From Malacoraja senta (Eukaryota): a DNA stretch of 64,000 bases. The stretch lies in assembly GCA_038087875.1 (NCBI GenBank), contig CM075989.1, forward strand, positions 18,416,001-18,480,000, given 5' to 3'. The notes under the pieces are model-generated. The model saw nothing but the letters and a program-made list of their open reading frames with translations, was not told where the DNA came from and did not search any database. The position numbers and the translations under genes are program-made. Within the stretch, counting starts at the first letter, position 1. Each line of letters opens with the position of its first letter. Shown here piece after piece: positions 24,258 to 36,889 of this stretch.

Positions 24258-25959
24258 TAGGGCACCAACTCTACCGTTGTTCCACCGTGCTGCCCTGAGA
24301 AACCATATGCTGAGAAACTATATTTTACATTCTGCTATTTTACTCTTTGCTCTATCTGTTGTGCTTGAGTTTGGCTTGAGTCTACTCATATATAGTATGA
24401 ACTCATTGGACAATAATAATAATAAACCTAAAGCTAAATCTCGACTGTGCGTGGGGGAGAGGTGGACAATATTCAACAGTGACTCCCACTGTGGTGGTGC
24501 CGCCAACGCAGTTCCAGCTGGCTCTGTCCGTGAAGAATGCTGATTTTGAAGAGATACTAATGGGTGCCCCGACCTGAATTATTGTCTCAGTGAATCCTTC
24601 CAAAATAGCTCCTCTTTTACAACTAACACATTCTTGGCATCTTATGTGTAGGAAGGACCTGCAGATGCTGGTTTAAACTGAAGATAGACATAACAAAGCT
24701 GGAGTAACTCAGCGGGTCAGACAGCATCAGACAGCATCTCTGGAGAAAAGGAATAGGTGACGTTTTGGGTTGAGACCCTTCTTCAGAATCTTCCGTCTAA
24801 AGAAGGGTCTTGACCTGAAACATCACCTATTCCTTTCCCCCAGAGATGCGGACAGACCTGCTGAGTTACTCCAGCTTATTGTGTCCATCTTGGCTTCTTA
24901 TTGTCAGCCGCGGAATAATTTGGAAATGAAGGCTGATGCCTCTGGTTTTAAATTATCTGCTTTTAACAATATTGACTCTTGTGCTCAGTAAACATTCAGA
25001 AGGTGGAATTGCAAATGAACTCCAGTGCTATCAGAATCTCCTGGGCAGTCAAGTATATCGCAATGATGTGTGCATTGTATATCAGAAGGAATTGTTTCAG
25101 AATAGCAACAAATGGCTGGATGTTGAATTACTAATTCCAGGTGGATTGCAAACCTAAAGGTTTTATTGTTCTCGACTCTGGAGCCATTTACGTTTCATTC
25201 ATTAGGAGTATATTGTAAATTATACAATTCTGTAATGTCCATTAGACCTCATTGGGAATCCACATGAAGAGCAGATATGGCAAAACCTGATTTAGTTTAA
25301 TCGAGTTTAGTTTAGAGATACAGCGCGGAAACAAGCCCCACGGCCAACGGAGTCTGCACCGACCAGCACCGACCACCACACATTAACACCACCCTACACA
25401 CACTAGGGACAACTTCACATTCATATATTTTTGTCAAAGCCAATTAACCTCCAACCCTGTACGTCTTTGGAGTGTGGGTGGAAACGGAAGATCTCATAGA
25501 AAACCCACACGGTCACGGGGAGAACGTACAAACTCAGTACAGACAGCACCCGCAGTCAGGATCGAACCCGGGTCTCTGGCGCTGTGAGGCAGCAGCTTAC
25601 CAATGCACCACCTGTGAATCAATTTTCAGACTTGGCCAGAGTTTAAATTTTTTTGTCCCTAACATGTGCCGATTAATGTTTCTAATTACAAATCACATTG
25701 ATAGTATCTTCAGTCAAAGAAGTCGAGTCCATCACCCACATGCTATTGAAGCTGATTCCCTTAGGTCCAACAGTGTCTTCTGCAAACTAATCCACTCAAC
25801 TGGGATTGAGTAAAATCCTTGAGTAAAACAGAACTACTGCAGGTTATAGCTACATGATGATAAGGTCCAACGCCCAAAGTCACACGTTCCATGGCCAGTT
25901 CACTAGAGTGCAGGCCACTCAAACTGGGCAAATGAGGAGTCCACAACCCCTTTATTTTT

Positions 25960-26650
25960 CACACTCTTTGTGTGAAAAAAGATATCCCTCAGATTCCTGT
26001 TAAATATTTTCCCCTATGTCCTCTGGTCCTCGATTCACCTACTCTGGGCAAGAGACTCTCTGCATCTACCCGATCTATTCCTCTCATGATTTTATACACC
26101 TTTATAAGAGCGGCTGGGGCCGGGGTCGGTGCCACGGAGAAGTGAAGTGGGGCGTAGACAGCGGTGAGGCCTCGCGGCGGCAGCGAAGCCTCGGTGGGTC
26201 GACCCACAGTCGACGGTCGATGAGAGCGTGGAGGACTGTCGTGGGGGGGAGGGGAAGAACCATGGAGGACCATGTGGCATGGGGGAACCGCCTGAGGGAG
26301 GTGGGGGATAACAAAGGACAATGGGGACCCAACGTGGGGGAACTGCTGTGAGGGGGGGGGGGGGAAGCAAAAGGAGGAGCCGACGTGCTTTGTAACTTTG
26401 TCAGCGCTGTAGGTGGCTGCTATTTGTATACATTGGCTATGCAAGCAAATAATCTCACTGTGCCTAGTCACATGCCACAACAAAGTATTCCATTTCCATT
26501 GCCATTTCCAAGATGACCCCTCATCCTCCTGCGCTCCAAGGAATAGAGTCCCAGCCTACTCAACCTCTCCCTGTAGCTCAGACCCTCTAGTCCTGGCAAC
26601 ATCTCGTAAATCTTCTCTGTACCCTTTCCAGCTTGACAACGTCTTTCCCA
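25960..26650 (-). mobile_element. CR1 fragment with GC-rich insert (~26108-26508)
   Basis: CR1 sequence TATAAGA|TCACCCCTC is split by the insert, which ends in a (CCATT)n-like tail. Confidence 0.75.
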
Positions 26651-26999
26651 TAACAATGCCTTCATGAACAATGCCTTTGAAATGAATTTCCTTTCTTTGC
26701 TATTTTGCTGGTGCTATGAACTAATTTAAAAACACGCTAATGACTCCATTAAAATAGCAGATGCAACAAATTCATTTCAGCATGTTTGTGTTAGTTTCTC
26801 CTCCCTGGGATTTTGAGATAACTGAGGAGGTTTTGCTGAATAGTATTGTAATTCCATCTATTTTCTCGGAAAAGTTTTAATGAGCTCGGAAAGTTTGCAA
26901 ATGGTGTAGAAAAACAAGGACATCAAGAAGAAACAGTTGAACTCTTTTCTGCAGCTCAGAAAACATCAATACTCACAGATGTACAAGGCTTTTTGTTGA

Positions 27000-28332
27000 G
27001 GCTGACACCCGGAGTATTGTGTTCAGTTTTCGTCACTGTGCGACAGGAAAGATGCCAGTAAGTAGTAAATAGTGCAAGTTTTACATGGATTTTCCAGGAC
27101 TAGAAGGCCTGAGCTATAGGGAGTACAGGTGGCTGAGGGGTCAACAGTAAATAGTCAATAGTCAATTTTATTTGTCACATGCAGTGTAAGTACACTCATA
27201 TAAGTGCAGTGAAATGAATTTGCCAGCAGCGGTACAATAAATAAAAGAACACACAATACACAATAAAATTTAACACAAACATCCACCACAGCATTCTTCA
27301 CTGTGGTGGAAGGCACAAAGTACAGTCAGTCCTCCTCCATTGTTCCCCCGTGGTCGGGGCCATAAACCTCCGCAGTCGCCGCCACGGACGGCCGGATGTA
27401 CAGGCCCTCTCGTCGGGACGGTCGAACACCCTCCACGGCTTGGAGGTCCCGCATCGGCGCTTTCTTACTGGAGACCGCGGCTTCAGGATGTTGTAGGCCG
27501 CAGGCCGGCGGTCGGAGCTCTTCTCCGGGGATCCCCGACGAGGGATCCCAAGCTCCGGACGCCGCGCCCGTGGCCACAGGCTCCGCAGACCGCAGCTTGA
27601 GGATGTAACAGTCCGCGGGCCAGCGATTGGAGCACTCCCTTCTGGCGACCCCCGGCAAGGGCTCGCCCGCTCCGCGATAGAAAAGTCCACGCTGCGCCCG
27701 CTGCTGAAACTCCGGGTCCAACTCCGGGAAAGGCCGCTCCAATCCATGGTGTTAGGCCGCGAGGGAGGCGACATGGAAAAAGTCGCCTCTCCCTGGAGGA
27801 GGCGACCGAAAGCGGTTCCCCCCTTTCCCCCCCCTCACCACCCCCCCCACACAAGACACACCGAGAGACACTAAAACAAACATTTGTACACACTAAAAAA
27901 AACAAAAAACGTAGAACTAACGAACATGCTCCTGGCAGGGCAGCCGTCTCACAGCGTCCCCACCGACTGATCTTATAAGGGTATATAATATCATGAGGGA
28001 ATATATAGGGCGAATGCACAGATTATTTTTCCCAGGGTAAGGGAATTAAGAACTATAGGACTTAGGGTTAAGGCGAGAGGGAAAAGGTTGAACAGGAACC
28101 TGAGAGGTATCGTTGTTACACAGTGTGTGCTGGGTATATGGAGAAAGCCTCCTGAGGAGGTAGTTGAGGCAGGTACCGCAACACCATTTAAATGTCATTT
28201 GGACAGGTGTACGGACAGGAAAGATTTAGAGGGATAATGGGTCAAACCTGGGCAAATGGGACTAAGAGGGGACATTATGTCAGCATGGACGAGTCGGGCC
28301 GAAGGGCCTGTTTCCGTGCTGTATGACTCTAT
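27000..28332 (+). mobile_element. CR1 fragment with GC-rich insert (~27141-27968, minus strand)
   Basis: GGCTGAGGGG|TGATCTTATA is split by the insert, which has AATAAA and a (TTGACTA)n tail. Confidence 0.75.
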
Positions 28333-28472
28333 AACTCGGTCTCCAAATTCAATAAGCTGTGCTCATCCCAGTAGTCTGAGCCTCATTTTTTTTCCTTTTC
28401 AGCCCAATTTGCGCTTATTATTATTTCCTTATTTATCCTGAAATGTCTAATGGACAATGGTTTCTTTATTGT

Positions 28473-28600
28473 GTTAAAGAAGGAACTGCAGATGCTGGAA
28501 AATCGAAGGTACACAAAAATGCTGGAGAAACTCAGCGGGTGCAGCAGCATCTATGGAGCGAAGGAAATAGGTAACGTTTCGGGCCGAAACCCTTCTTCAG
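28473..28600 (-). mobile_element. Mini-Penelope tail insertion
   Basis: Matches 16150-16277. 15-bp TSD TGGTTTCTTTATTGT (28458-28472, 28601-28615). The 5' end lies at the hammerhead CTGAAGA. Confidence 0.8.
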
Positions 28601-28865
28601 TGGTTTCTTTATTGTCATGTGTGTCAGGTACAGTGAAATACATTGTTTTCATACACATCTGCAAGACTACGCCCGTACATAAACACAATCACCCCGGCTA
28701 GTGCAGAACGTACGCCCTGAGCTGTCCACCAAGTCCAGGTGCAAGGGACGCTGTTTTGGTGCCATTTTACAGTCCCAGCTGGAGCTGGCCACAAAGGCCC
28801 GGGGCAGCCACATCCTCCTCCATTTAACAGGCTATGTCTAATTCATTTTTGCCCCACTGCTGAAT

Positions 28866-29548
28866 ATATCATGAGAGGAATAGATCGGGTAGATTCACAG
28901 AGTCTCTTGCCCAGGGTAGGTGAGTTGAGGACCAGAGGACATAGGTTTAAGGTGAAGAGGAAAAGATTTAAAAGGAATCTGAGGGGTAACTTTTTCACAC
29001 AAAGGGTGGTGGGTGTATGGAACAAGCTGCCAGAGGAGGTAGTTGAGGCAAGGACTATCCGAACATTTAAGAAACAGTTAAAGCCCTGTCCCACGGTATG
29101 AGTTCATTCTAAGAGTTCTCCTGAGTTTGCCCTGATTCGAACTCGGAGATTTACGGTAATGGCCGCTCGTCGGTACTCGGGGCTCTCGTGGACATTTTTC
29201 AGCATGTTGAAAAATCTGCACGAGTACCTGCCGTTAGCGTTACGAGCCGCTAAGAGACGTCCCCGAGCACCGACGTACCCGCTACGTTCATTCTCCGTGC
29301 TTACCACGAGTTTGATTTTTTTTCAAACTCGGGAGAGCTCTTGGAATGAACTCGTACCGTGGGACAGGGCTATAAGACTGGTCTGCCATCGTCTCACTAT
29401 CCATGTACCTATAAGACAGGTACATGGATAGGACAGGTTTGGAGGGATACGGACCAAACACAGGCAGGTGGGACTAGTGTAGCTGGGACATGTTGGCCAG
29501 TGTGTGCAAGTTGGGCCGAAGGGCCTGGTTTCCACACAGTATCACTCT
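28866..29548 (+). mobile_element. CR1 3' fragment containing a MITE
   Basis: IMRGIDRVDSQSLLPRVGE...FFTQRVVGVWNKLPEEVVEA. Confidence 0.85.
29081..29372. mobile_element. PIF/Harbinger-type MITE
   Basis: TIR AGCCCTGTCCCACGGTA.GAGTTCATTC; inserted at TTA of CR1. Confidence 0.8.
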
Positions 29549-30999
29549 ATGCCAAATCTGGACATAAAAGTCTGCTGCTTTCATTTTGAGTGACGTGTTG
29601 TAATGGTACAGTGGGTTTGAAGTTTACTTGTGTTTCAGGAGGCATTGCAGTAAACATCTGAGTCACACAGAAGAAAATAACTAATAAAGGTACAAATGCT
29701 CACATCAAAGAAGGGGAGATAATGTTGATGATTCAAAAATAGCCATAAAACGTGCTCTTGTGAAAGAAGCAATGCTTTGCCTTTGATACCTGCGTAGTGC
29801 TGCATGCCAGTAAACAGAAACAAGATCCTCTTCTATCCTCAAGGCAACCTGATTTATTTTACAACCGTCACATTAAGTACCTGAAATCTTTAGTCATTCG
29901 AAACATTGCATTTTGTCCTCAACGTTTGACAAATGTGAAATGTGTGTGTGTGTGTGCACTGTCATATCTTTACTCCCAAGAATCAGAAGATCTTTTCGTG
30001 GAAACAGATGTTGCTTTTGTTAGGATTAATCTTGCCAGGTAAATCCTTTAATCTGGGGTGCTATTTAACTCCTGCTGTCTATCTTCAGCTTTTAATCAAT
30101 TTCCCGCACAGACCTCAACGTGTTTCCTCAGTAATGCTCGTGGCTTTAATTTTATCAGCGAGCTGCCCGAGAGGCATCTGTACACATCCCCACGCACAAC
30201 AACACGCTGATATTTACTCCTAAAATCCCATTACACTGGTCTGCCATCGTCTCACTTTCGCGAATCCTCCTCCCCAGCTGACCCTGGCGCCCCCTCAAAA
30301 GGGTTTTAATTTCATCCAACATTATGGCTCCGGAATGAAGTCACTGAGGGCAAAAGGTCAAGGACAGACAAAATAAAGCTTCTTTTTGCAATACGGTAAT
30401 TTTTTTTTATTTTTTTAAATTATTTTTATTGGAAGCAATTGTACAAGGATAAAACATTCAGCATTGTAAAATTATACAATTATTGTACAGCCTCATTTTT
30501 AACTTTATAACCTGAAAATGAAAGAACAGAAGAGAGAGAGAACAAGAGAGGGAAAAAGTGAGAAGTGAAAAGATAAGACCCCTAGACTACTACCAAAGTA
30601 GTGTGGCCGAAAAGAAAGTAGAGATAAAAGGAAAAAAAAAAAGAAAAAGGAAAGTGGAGATATACCTGCACCTCGTCCCCCTCCCCGCCCACCTCACCCA
30701 ACCCGGAATCGGATTTAAATTTAGATTTGTGTTGCTCCATACTATCCTTGTAAGAATTCGGTGAAGGGTGTCCATGTCTTGAAAAATTGATCTGTTTTTT
30801 TCGGCCAAGACAAGCCTAATATTTTCCAAATGTAGTGTCTTGGACATGTTTGTAATCCACATCTTCACTGTGGGGACTGATGTGTGTGTTTCCAAAATGT
30901 AAGTATTCATTTTTTTCGCCGTTGTCAGGCCATAGTTAAGGAGACATCTTTGAAATAATGTTCGCTCAGAACAGGCTTCTGACGTGCCTAGTGTAATCA

Positions 31000-33900
31000 A
31001 TTTTACTTCGGAGTCACGTGAGTGACTACGTGAAGAACCCCGCCGGTGCCCCTGCGCGTCATTACGTCAGACGCATTGGCGCAAACGGACACGAGGAGCA
31101 GAGCTCCTCTAGTGGAATTGTAATTTTCAACTACAAGGTAAGTATTAACTTTTTTGGAAGTATTTCCGTGTCCGTTTACTGTTGGTCTGTGGGGATTTTT
31201 TCCACAGGCATCATGGAAAAAACGGGCAAGGGGAGGAGGCGAGCGGCACAGCCGATAGAGAGTCGCGAGATTGCGGTCGGCGACCAGCCGCCTCTGACCA
31301 CGGTACAGTCGCCAGCAGACAGCATAGCGACTGTGGATATTGGGGCTGAAGTGAATTTAGTCAGCACCAGTGGGGCAAGGCAAAGCCGATAAAAAGCTGC
31401 GGGAATGCGGTTGGTAAAGGACTGCCTCATACCCTACAACAGTCGCCGGCTGGGAGCGGGGCGAACTGTGGACTTGTGTATTAAAGAAAAGAACTGAGCC
31501 AGCATCAGTTGGGTGCTAGGCAACATACAAGTCAGGGCCATGGAGCAAGAGTCAGTTTGGGATTCACCTCCAAGGCTGGATACCACTTTCTGAGTGGATA
31601 TTCCAAATGGAGAACCTGTACACAGGTTGCTCCAACAAAACATACTCCCAGGAGGAGTGATGTCAGAACCAGGCTCCAGAAAGCCAGGTCAGCAGCACCT
31701 AGTAAAGGGCTGCTTGATAGCACCCTCATTGATGAGGCGTACACAGGGTCAGCAGAGTTTCCAAAACAAGCGAAGATGGCAGCTGCCAGATGGGCTATTC
31801 CTGGCAGTACGATTTGCTGCTCTGTGAGAGTTTCTGACCCTGAGTCTGACGGTGAGGCCGATACAAGCGAAGACGGCAGCTGCCAGATGTTTTACTCCTG
31901 GTAGTACGATTCGCTGCCCCGTCAGAGTCAGGAGAGCCACTTGGAAAGGAAGTGGCCTCTGTGATCAACTATTGTGTCTGCCATCAGCTCTAGTAGCGTA
32001 CGATGGATGAAAATGCCAAAAAAAGCACGAGATCCCAAGGAACTGCGTATTGCTGAAAGTACTAGCAGTGAACCAAGATATAAGGGGTCAGATGGGAGAA
32101 GGCATGTGAGCCTAAGAAAAGTAAACTGCAGAGAATATTGAAGCTGCTGGGTTGATGAACAACTGCAATTTGCAAAACAATGGATGGAGGCCATGGATGG
32201 AGATGCATCAAGTGGCACTAAGGTTGCTATGTAGCGCCCACTTCAAGATGAATTGTTTCAGGAAGTATGCCATTCGGTCCACCATCAACCCAAAGTTGCA
32301 GCAACTCTGTAAAGCCCAGCAATGTGCAGTCATTCAACTTATTCTTCAGAGAAAAAACCTCATGAATCGTGGGAAAGAGTTGGATAATGAGGCAAAAACA
32401 GCAAAGTTGATCACAACATCAATGGTCGTCAAGTCTGCAAAGAGACATATCCTTTCAGACATCATACAAAATCCTGGACCGACATCAGGATCAAATCGAC
32501 TATTGAAGCAGGTTGATGTCCTGCAGCAGGAAAAACGAAAAAGCGTGGGTTTTGCCTGCCAGGAGCCAGAGACCACAGGTCACTCAGATGACAAAGGAGG
32601 TAGGTGGACCTGGTTCTTATGGGAACATATTAAGGCCAAAAACAGCCAAATATTGGAAGCAAATTACTTCAAATATTATTCTGAGTATTATAGAAAGGTT
32701 TCGAATTGATTCGATTCAAATACTGATTTGCCATCCAGCATGTTCCAAGCAGAACACACCAATTTCACATAAAATATTGATGGAGGTTCAAGCTGAATTG
32801 AAAACTTGTTTAGAAACAAGTAATTGAAAGGTCGGTTTATCAAAACCACCAAATTGTGTTTAAAATTTCTCAACCTAAAAAAGGTGAGGAGTATTTTAGA
32901 TCTGACAAGTCTTTAAAACGTTGTGAAGTATAGACACTTCAAAATGGAGACTTTGAGACTGCCAAACAATTTATTTCAAAAAAGATGTTTTATGTCAGTT
33001 ATAGATCTGAAAGATGTATATTACTTAGTGTTTGTTCATTTATAAGATAAAATGATCTGAAGGAACAATTATGGCAATTCAAAGTTCTGTCTAACGGGTT
33101 AACTTCAGCTCCTAGAATTTCACTAAATTGGTAAAACCAATTTTGGGGCTAATTAGAGTCCAAGGACAGATGTGGATGGCTTAACTGGATGATGTCCTAA
33201 TTAGGACGAACAAGAGAATTAGTGAGTTATCTCTCTCAAATTATTCAAACCACTTTTGAAAGTTGGGTTTAATTCATCCAGAGAGAAATTAAGTTTAACG
33301 ATACTTACAACAATTGATTATTTGATTCAATTGAAAGGGTAGTAATTTACCCAGGGTAAAGGGTAAATTCAATTCAATTCCTTTATTGTCATCTTGCAAG
33401 CAACAGTTGTGCAGTGCAAAACGAAAAAGGACGTTTCCCAGGGAATACCGGAGCATCGCACATGACGTTTAAAAACATTTCACACATAATAACACTAAAC
33501 AATCCAGTCCCTGATGGAACAGTATAAGTTAAAATAGATACAAACAACGTTAAAATACAGTGAGACCAAAATCATAAACATGTCCGGGGTGGCTGATTTG
33601 AGTGGCCAGTGCCAGTTATTGAAGTGGCCAGTGCCAGTTATTATAGTGTCCGTGCCAAGCCGCAGAATCAGGTGACTGTGAGTACAGAGTGGCTGTTTAG
33701 CAGCCTCACAGCATATGGCAGGAAGCTGTTTAGCAGTCTTGTAGTCCGGGCTTTGATGCAGCGATATCTCTTGCCTGATGGCAGGAGATCCAGGTGTATG
33801 TGGAGGGGGTGCAGTTTGCCTTAGCAATTTTTGGGGCTTTTTTCCGACAGTGGCTCAGGAACAGTTCTTGTACCAAGGGTAGGGAGACGCCAATGATCTT

Positions 33901-36473
33901 CTCTGCTCCCCTCACTACCCTCTGCAGAGCCTTCCTGTCCGAGCAGTTGCAGGTGGAGTACCACGTATTTAAACAGTACGTGAGTACAGACTCCACCGTA
34001 CCCCTGTAGAAAGTCCTGAGGATGTTGGTGGGGAGTGAGGCCTGTTTTAGTTTCCTCAGGAAGTGCAGTCGCTGATGGGTGGTTGTATTAAGCAGTTGGA
34101 AAAGCAACAATCTTCAATTAAGACAGGTGGCCAGCTTGTTAGGAGAATTAGTGTTATTTCCAGCAATACAATATGGGCCATTGGACTACCAGCAGCTGCA
34201 GACTGCAAAAAGAAAAAACACTAAGATGCATGATGGGCATTTTTTGATAGGCCATGCAATTAAACAACAAATGCTGCTTCTGATTGCAGTAGTGGATTTA
34301 ACATGTCTTCAGTAGTTCAAGCAAGATACGGATTGAACAGCCTTCCATGGTCTTAACAGACTGATATCAGTGTACTAGGATTGGTGCCACTGAAAAGGTA
34401 TCCATCTGTGGACAGATGGAATATGGAAGAAGTATTATTTTACAGACATGGAGAATCGACATTTTAAAGTCTATTGGAAGGCTTATGAGCTACAAGCTTG
34501 TTGTTTAATACAACTAATCTGCATGTTCAGTTTCAAATTAACAACACTACAGCAATGGCATGTATTAATTGTATGGGTGGAATTTCCATGATAACAAAGA
34601 ATGGATGTTTAACCTTAAGATTTTTTAATGATATAATAGTCAGATTTGGGAAGCCAGATATGATTTGTTTCCATCCAGACTCAATCACCCGTTACAGAGA
34701 TATGTGTTATGGGACTACATCGGGAGACAGTAGCGATGGATGTTTCTCGCTATATTAGTATGGTATGTTGTTATAGGCATTTTACTTCATCCTGTCTCAT
34801 AAATCGGTGTCTGCTTAAAACGAAGCAGTATGCTGCCTCTGGGGTATTCGTGGTACCAGACGGATCTACGCAGCCATGGTTCCCTTTGATATTGGAATTT
34901 ATGACACAGTTTCTGATAAATGTTCCCAAAAGAAGGAAGTTACTGGTGTATTCGATAATTGGAGAGTAACATCCGTCATATGCCTGTATGGATGCAGGTT
35001 TTAAAAAAGAGGATTGTCTGGGCATGCTGTGGACATGCTTACAGCAGTCTGGCGGAAGAGTACGCAAAAGCAGTACATTTGTGAATCTGAGTTGTGACTC
35101 TGTAAATGCTGCTTTCCCATTATGTAAAGAATGAGGGGAAAAATGTTCTGTGTATAAAAGAATATGGAATGTTGTATGGCACATGACGCAAATGTCTTGT
35201 ATTTACCTCTATTTAAGGGGTTGAGTTAGTGCGATTTATTCAGACAGAAGTATATTATTCCTTGTTTTTATTGATGAGGTTGGAAAGACATCCTGTTGAG
35301 TTTCGTTCTTTTATTTTCAGATTAATGAAAGGAATTTTAATTCCAGACCTTCTAAACCTAGGAGGGAATCTGGAATATAGAGTTGTTTTAAGCTACTTCA
35401 TCAATGGAGTCTTGGTACGATTCTGATTTGGCCAAGTTCAGCATGAAGGTAGTCATGCTTACGGCACTTGTAACATTACAAAAGTTACAGATACACAGGA
35501 TGGAAGTACCTCAGGATTATGTTATGTTTTACATTTGATGACCTACTCAAATGAAGTAGGATCAGGTGTGATAGGATTCAAGAGTGTTTTATTAGCATAT
35601 TCTATGGATCCATGTCTATATGTTAAGACATATTTGTTGCAATACATTGAGGCTACAAAGGTCTTATGAAATATGAAAACAAGATTGTTTATCATTCACG
35701 AAAAACCATACAAGATAGTGTCAGTTCAGACTATTTTAAGATGGTTAAAACCAAGTTTTGGTTGCTGCAGGTGTGAACATTGATGGTTTTACATTCCATT
35801 CAGTTTAGCAGCAACATTGACGACCAGGGCGAAGGACGTCCCGTCGACCATATTTTCACAGCCGCCGGGTGATCTAATAAGTTGGTGTTTCAACACTTTT
35901 ACCATCGGCCTATTGTCAATACGGGGCTGTTTGCAGATACTATATTAAGTTCTGCTTAAATTTCCCTGGGTTAAAGGGGATACTGTTAATTCTTTTATTC
36001 AAATAAATGAATTACTGCATTTGTCAGGCAAATGTTATTATTCGTGCATTATTGATTATTTCTCGTTCCGAGTCAATCAATGCAGTGAGAAGCCGGGATT
36101 TGTCTGCGGCATGAAATCACAAAGCTTTAAAATCTTCACGTAGTCACTCACGTGACTCCAAGTAAAATAGTAAGATTAAACGAGAACTTACCAGTTTGAA
36201 GTTTGATCTTTATTTTATGAGGAGTTACGTTGGTGATTACGTGCCCACCACGACCCAACCCTCTATCATAAAGGTCAGATGGAAGTTCTTGAATTACTCG
36301 TTTTATTATGATACTATATTACTTCGGTTGTTGTTTTTTGTGATTTCACACCGCTGCTTCGAAGATTGACGCGCAGGCGCACTGGCGGGGTTCTTCACGT
36401 AATCACCAACGTAACTCCTCATAAAATAAAGATCAAACTTCAAACTGGTAAGTTCTCATTTAATCTTACTATT
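31000..36473 (+). mobile_element. DIRS1-type tyrosine-recombinase retrotransposon, full length, decayed
   Basis: Left ITR (~31001-31062) is inverted against 36367-36400, with a right extension to 36473. The ICR (36133-36243) is complementary to both termini. Frameshifted RT (YRHFKMET, IDLKD, NGLTSAPR, LDDVLI; ~32880-33350), RNase H (INNTTAMACIN-MGG, ~34540), methyltransferase-like (LINRCL..VVPD.STQPWFP, ~34800-34890) and YR-like C-terminus (~35400-35960). Confidence 0.9.
33367..34082 (-). mobile_element. Rex1/Babar-like LINE 3' fragment nested in the DIRS
   Basis: ORF HQRLHFLRKLKQASL...FYRGTVESVLTYCLNTWY...RKALQRVVRGAEKIIG; 3' AATAAA and (GAATT)n tail at 33367-33390. Confidence 0.8.
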
Positions 36474-36579
36474 CTACGTCGGGGTCCAGTTTTATTTTAA
36501 GTATTTTAGAAATAATATCAAAAATCCCCTCCTGAAATTATGTAACTTTATACAGGAGGCAAAGCTATACGGTAAATGA

Positions 36580-36870
36580 GGCACGGCGGCGCAGCGGTGG
36601 AGCTGCTGCCTTACAGCGCCAGAGCCCGGTTCAATCCCGACTACGGGTGCTTGTCTGGAGTGACCTGTGTTGGTTTTCTCAGAGATCTTCGGTTTCCTCC
36701 CATACGCCAAAGATGTACATGTTTGTAGTTAATTGGCTTGGTATAAGCGTAAAATTGTCCCTAGTGTGTGTAGGATAGTGTATCAATGTGTGGGGATCGC
36801 TGGTCGGTGCGGACTCGGTGGGCCGAAGGGCCTGTTTACCGCGCTGTATCTCTAAACTAAACTAAATTAA
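36580..36870 (+). mobile_element. HE1-like V-SINE
   Basis: GGCACGGCGGCGCAGCGG head through to the CTAAACTAAAC tail. Confidence 0.85.
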
Positions 36871-36889
36871 ATTCTGGCAATGTCACACA

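Larger units (their letters stand above)
30400..36566 (-). mobile_element. 5'-truncated L1-clade LINE (30400-30999 + 36474-36566) split by DIRS
   Basis: Minus strand reads SFASCIKLHNF/GIFDIISKILKIKLDPDVE|LITLG...LTTAKK...WITNMSKTLHLE across the DIRS. AATAAA and poly(A) at ~30400-30430. 9-bp TSD ATACGGTAA (30391-30399, 36567-36575). Confidence 0.85.

Noticed and set aside
32152..32709. 185-aa ORF as host gene
   Set aside because: Lies inside the DIRS gag region; a frameshifted remnant.
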